A stretch of 63,211 nucleotides of DNA, filler included, from Octopus bimaculoides (Eukaryota), in NCBI RefSeq assembly GCF_001194135.2. It is 6 parts of 6 records of this genome, joined end to end, with 100 filler letters (N's around TTAATTAATTAA, not from the genome) between each part and the next. Parts side by side here need not be neighbours in the genome. Positions count along the whole stretch, not along the records: positions 58,535 to 63,211 come from NW_026362527.1; 5 more parts are not named here. One strand, written 5' to 3'. Positions 62,110 to 63,211 of this stretch are shown piece by piece. Position 1 is the first letter of the stretch, and each line of letters opens with the position of its first letter. The notes under the pieces are model-generated. The model did no database searches, was not told where the DNA came from, and saw only the letters and a list, made by a program, of their open reading frames with translations. Both the position numbers and the translations under genes were made by a program.

Positions 62110-62682
62110 ACTGACAGCATTTAGGGCAATTATAAACATAATTGTTAACATCATTACAATATTCAGGCCACCATACTTCTAGCCACTGTCTATTTCTAGT
62201 GACAATAGTACCAAAATGTATAGCTTTTACGAAAATTTGTCACAATACCAAATGAACAACAATGTTCCTATTGCAAATAATCATTGTCAACTGTNNNNNN
62301 NNNNNNNNNNNNNNNNNNNNNNNNNNNNNNNNNNNNNNNNNNNNNNNNNNNNNNNNNNNNNNNNNNNNNNNNNNNNNNNNNNNNNNNNNNNNNNNNNNNN
62401 NNNNNNNNNNNNNNNNNNNNNNNNNNNNNNTGACCCCAGTGCAGAAGACATTGCTTGACTCCTAGTTGCTGCTTGGATCAGCATCAATTTCATGTACTTT
62501 CTCAAATTGCTACTTAGAAGACTAGCAGACAAACTGAAGATGGTTCTTCTTATAGATGTAACATATCAAAAGCAGGACACTTACCCATATTATGGGTATA
62601 GTCATGTGNNNNNNNNNNTTTTCTGACATGCATCTGCTACCAGGTTGGGTGGTGCTTGATGCTATGGAATAAAATAAACAAT

Positions 62683-63176
62683 GTTTAGATCAGTTCAAAA
62701 ATGTTTGAGACATAATTAACCTGCAAGAAAGCATTTTCACTGTGGTTTGCCATGGGAAAANNNNNNNNNNNNNNNNNNNNNNNNNNNNNNNNNNNNNNNN
62801 NNNNNNNNNNNNNNNNNNNNNNNNNNNNNNNNNNNNNNNNNNNNNNNNNNNNNNNNNNNNNNNNNNNNNNNNNNNNNNNNNNNNNNNNNNNNNNNNNNNN
62901 NNNNNNNNNNNNNNNNNNNNNNNNNNNNNNNNNNNNNNNNNNNNNNNNNNNNNNNNNNNNNNNNNNNNNNNNNNNNNNNNNNNNNNNNNNGTTGCTTTGC
63001 TGGGTATCTTATACTGAAGACAGCTAAGAAGATAGAAATGCATCTACCAGTCCATGGAGGGCACTCTGAACTGACTTTAGTGTTTCTAACACCATTTACC
63101 AAAAGTGAGATTTTTTTTCCATGGCAAACCGCATTGAAAATGCCTATTTCCCAAACATATTTGAACTGATCTAAAC
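62683..63176. mobile_element. MITE-like element with ~65-75 bp imperfect TIRs, interior partly in a gap
   Basis: GTTTAGATCAGTTCAAA.ATGTTTG...GCATTTTCA.TG.GGTTTGCCATGG / reverse complement at 63112-63176. Confidence 0.75.
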
Positions 63177-63211
63177 TTTGTTTATTTTACATCATGGCTT
63201 CAAGCAACACC

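Overview
This is repeat-dense, gap-rich eukaryotic (animal) genomic DNA. The SINE families, microsatellite load and AT-richness suggest a coleoid cephalopod such as octopus, but that is inference from recalled repeat families. I see no intact protein-coding gene, rRNA, functional tRNA or CRISPR array. Almost every long ORF in the supplied track is a microsatellite or N-gap artefact. What the sequence does support is: (1) many tRNA-derived SINE copies from about four families; (2) degenerate fragments of RTE, CR1-like, R4/RLE-type and Penelope-like retroelements; (3) Helitron Rep and helicase fragments, a TA-flanked mariner deletion derivative, hAT MITE and transposase remnants, and several fold-back elements; (4) weak, phase-compatible candidate exons of a host gene at 1-6.5 kb. 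The most interesting signals are: several minimal type-I hammerhead-ribozyme motifs at 60-63 kb, including a tandem pair that together reconstructs a complete ribozyme (Penelope pLTR or retrozyme-like); a 211-bp fold-back element carrying inward TTAGGG telomeric repeats; a ~188-bp-period tandem array built from SINE pieces; an in-frame Helitron-helicase/Tc1-mariner junction; and CpG-depleted versus CpG-retaining compartments. All coordinates were read by eye and may be off by a few bases at degenerate ends.
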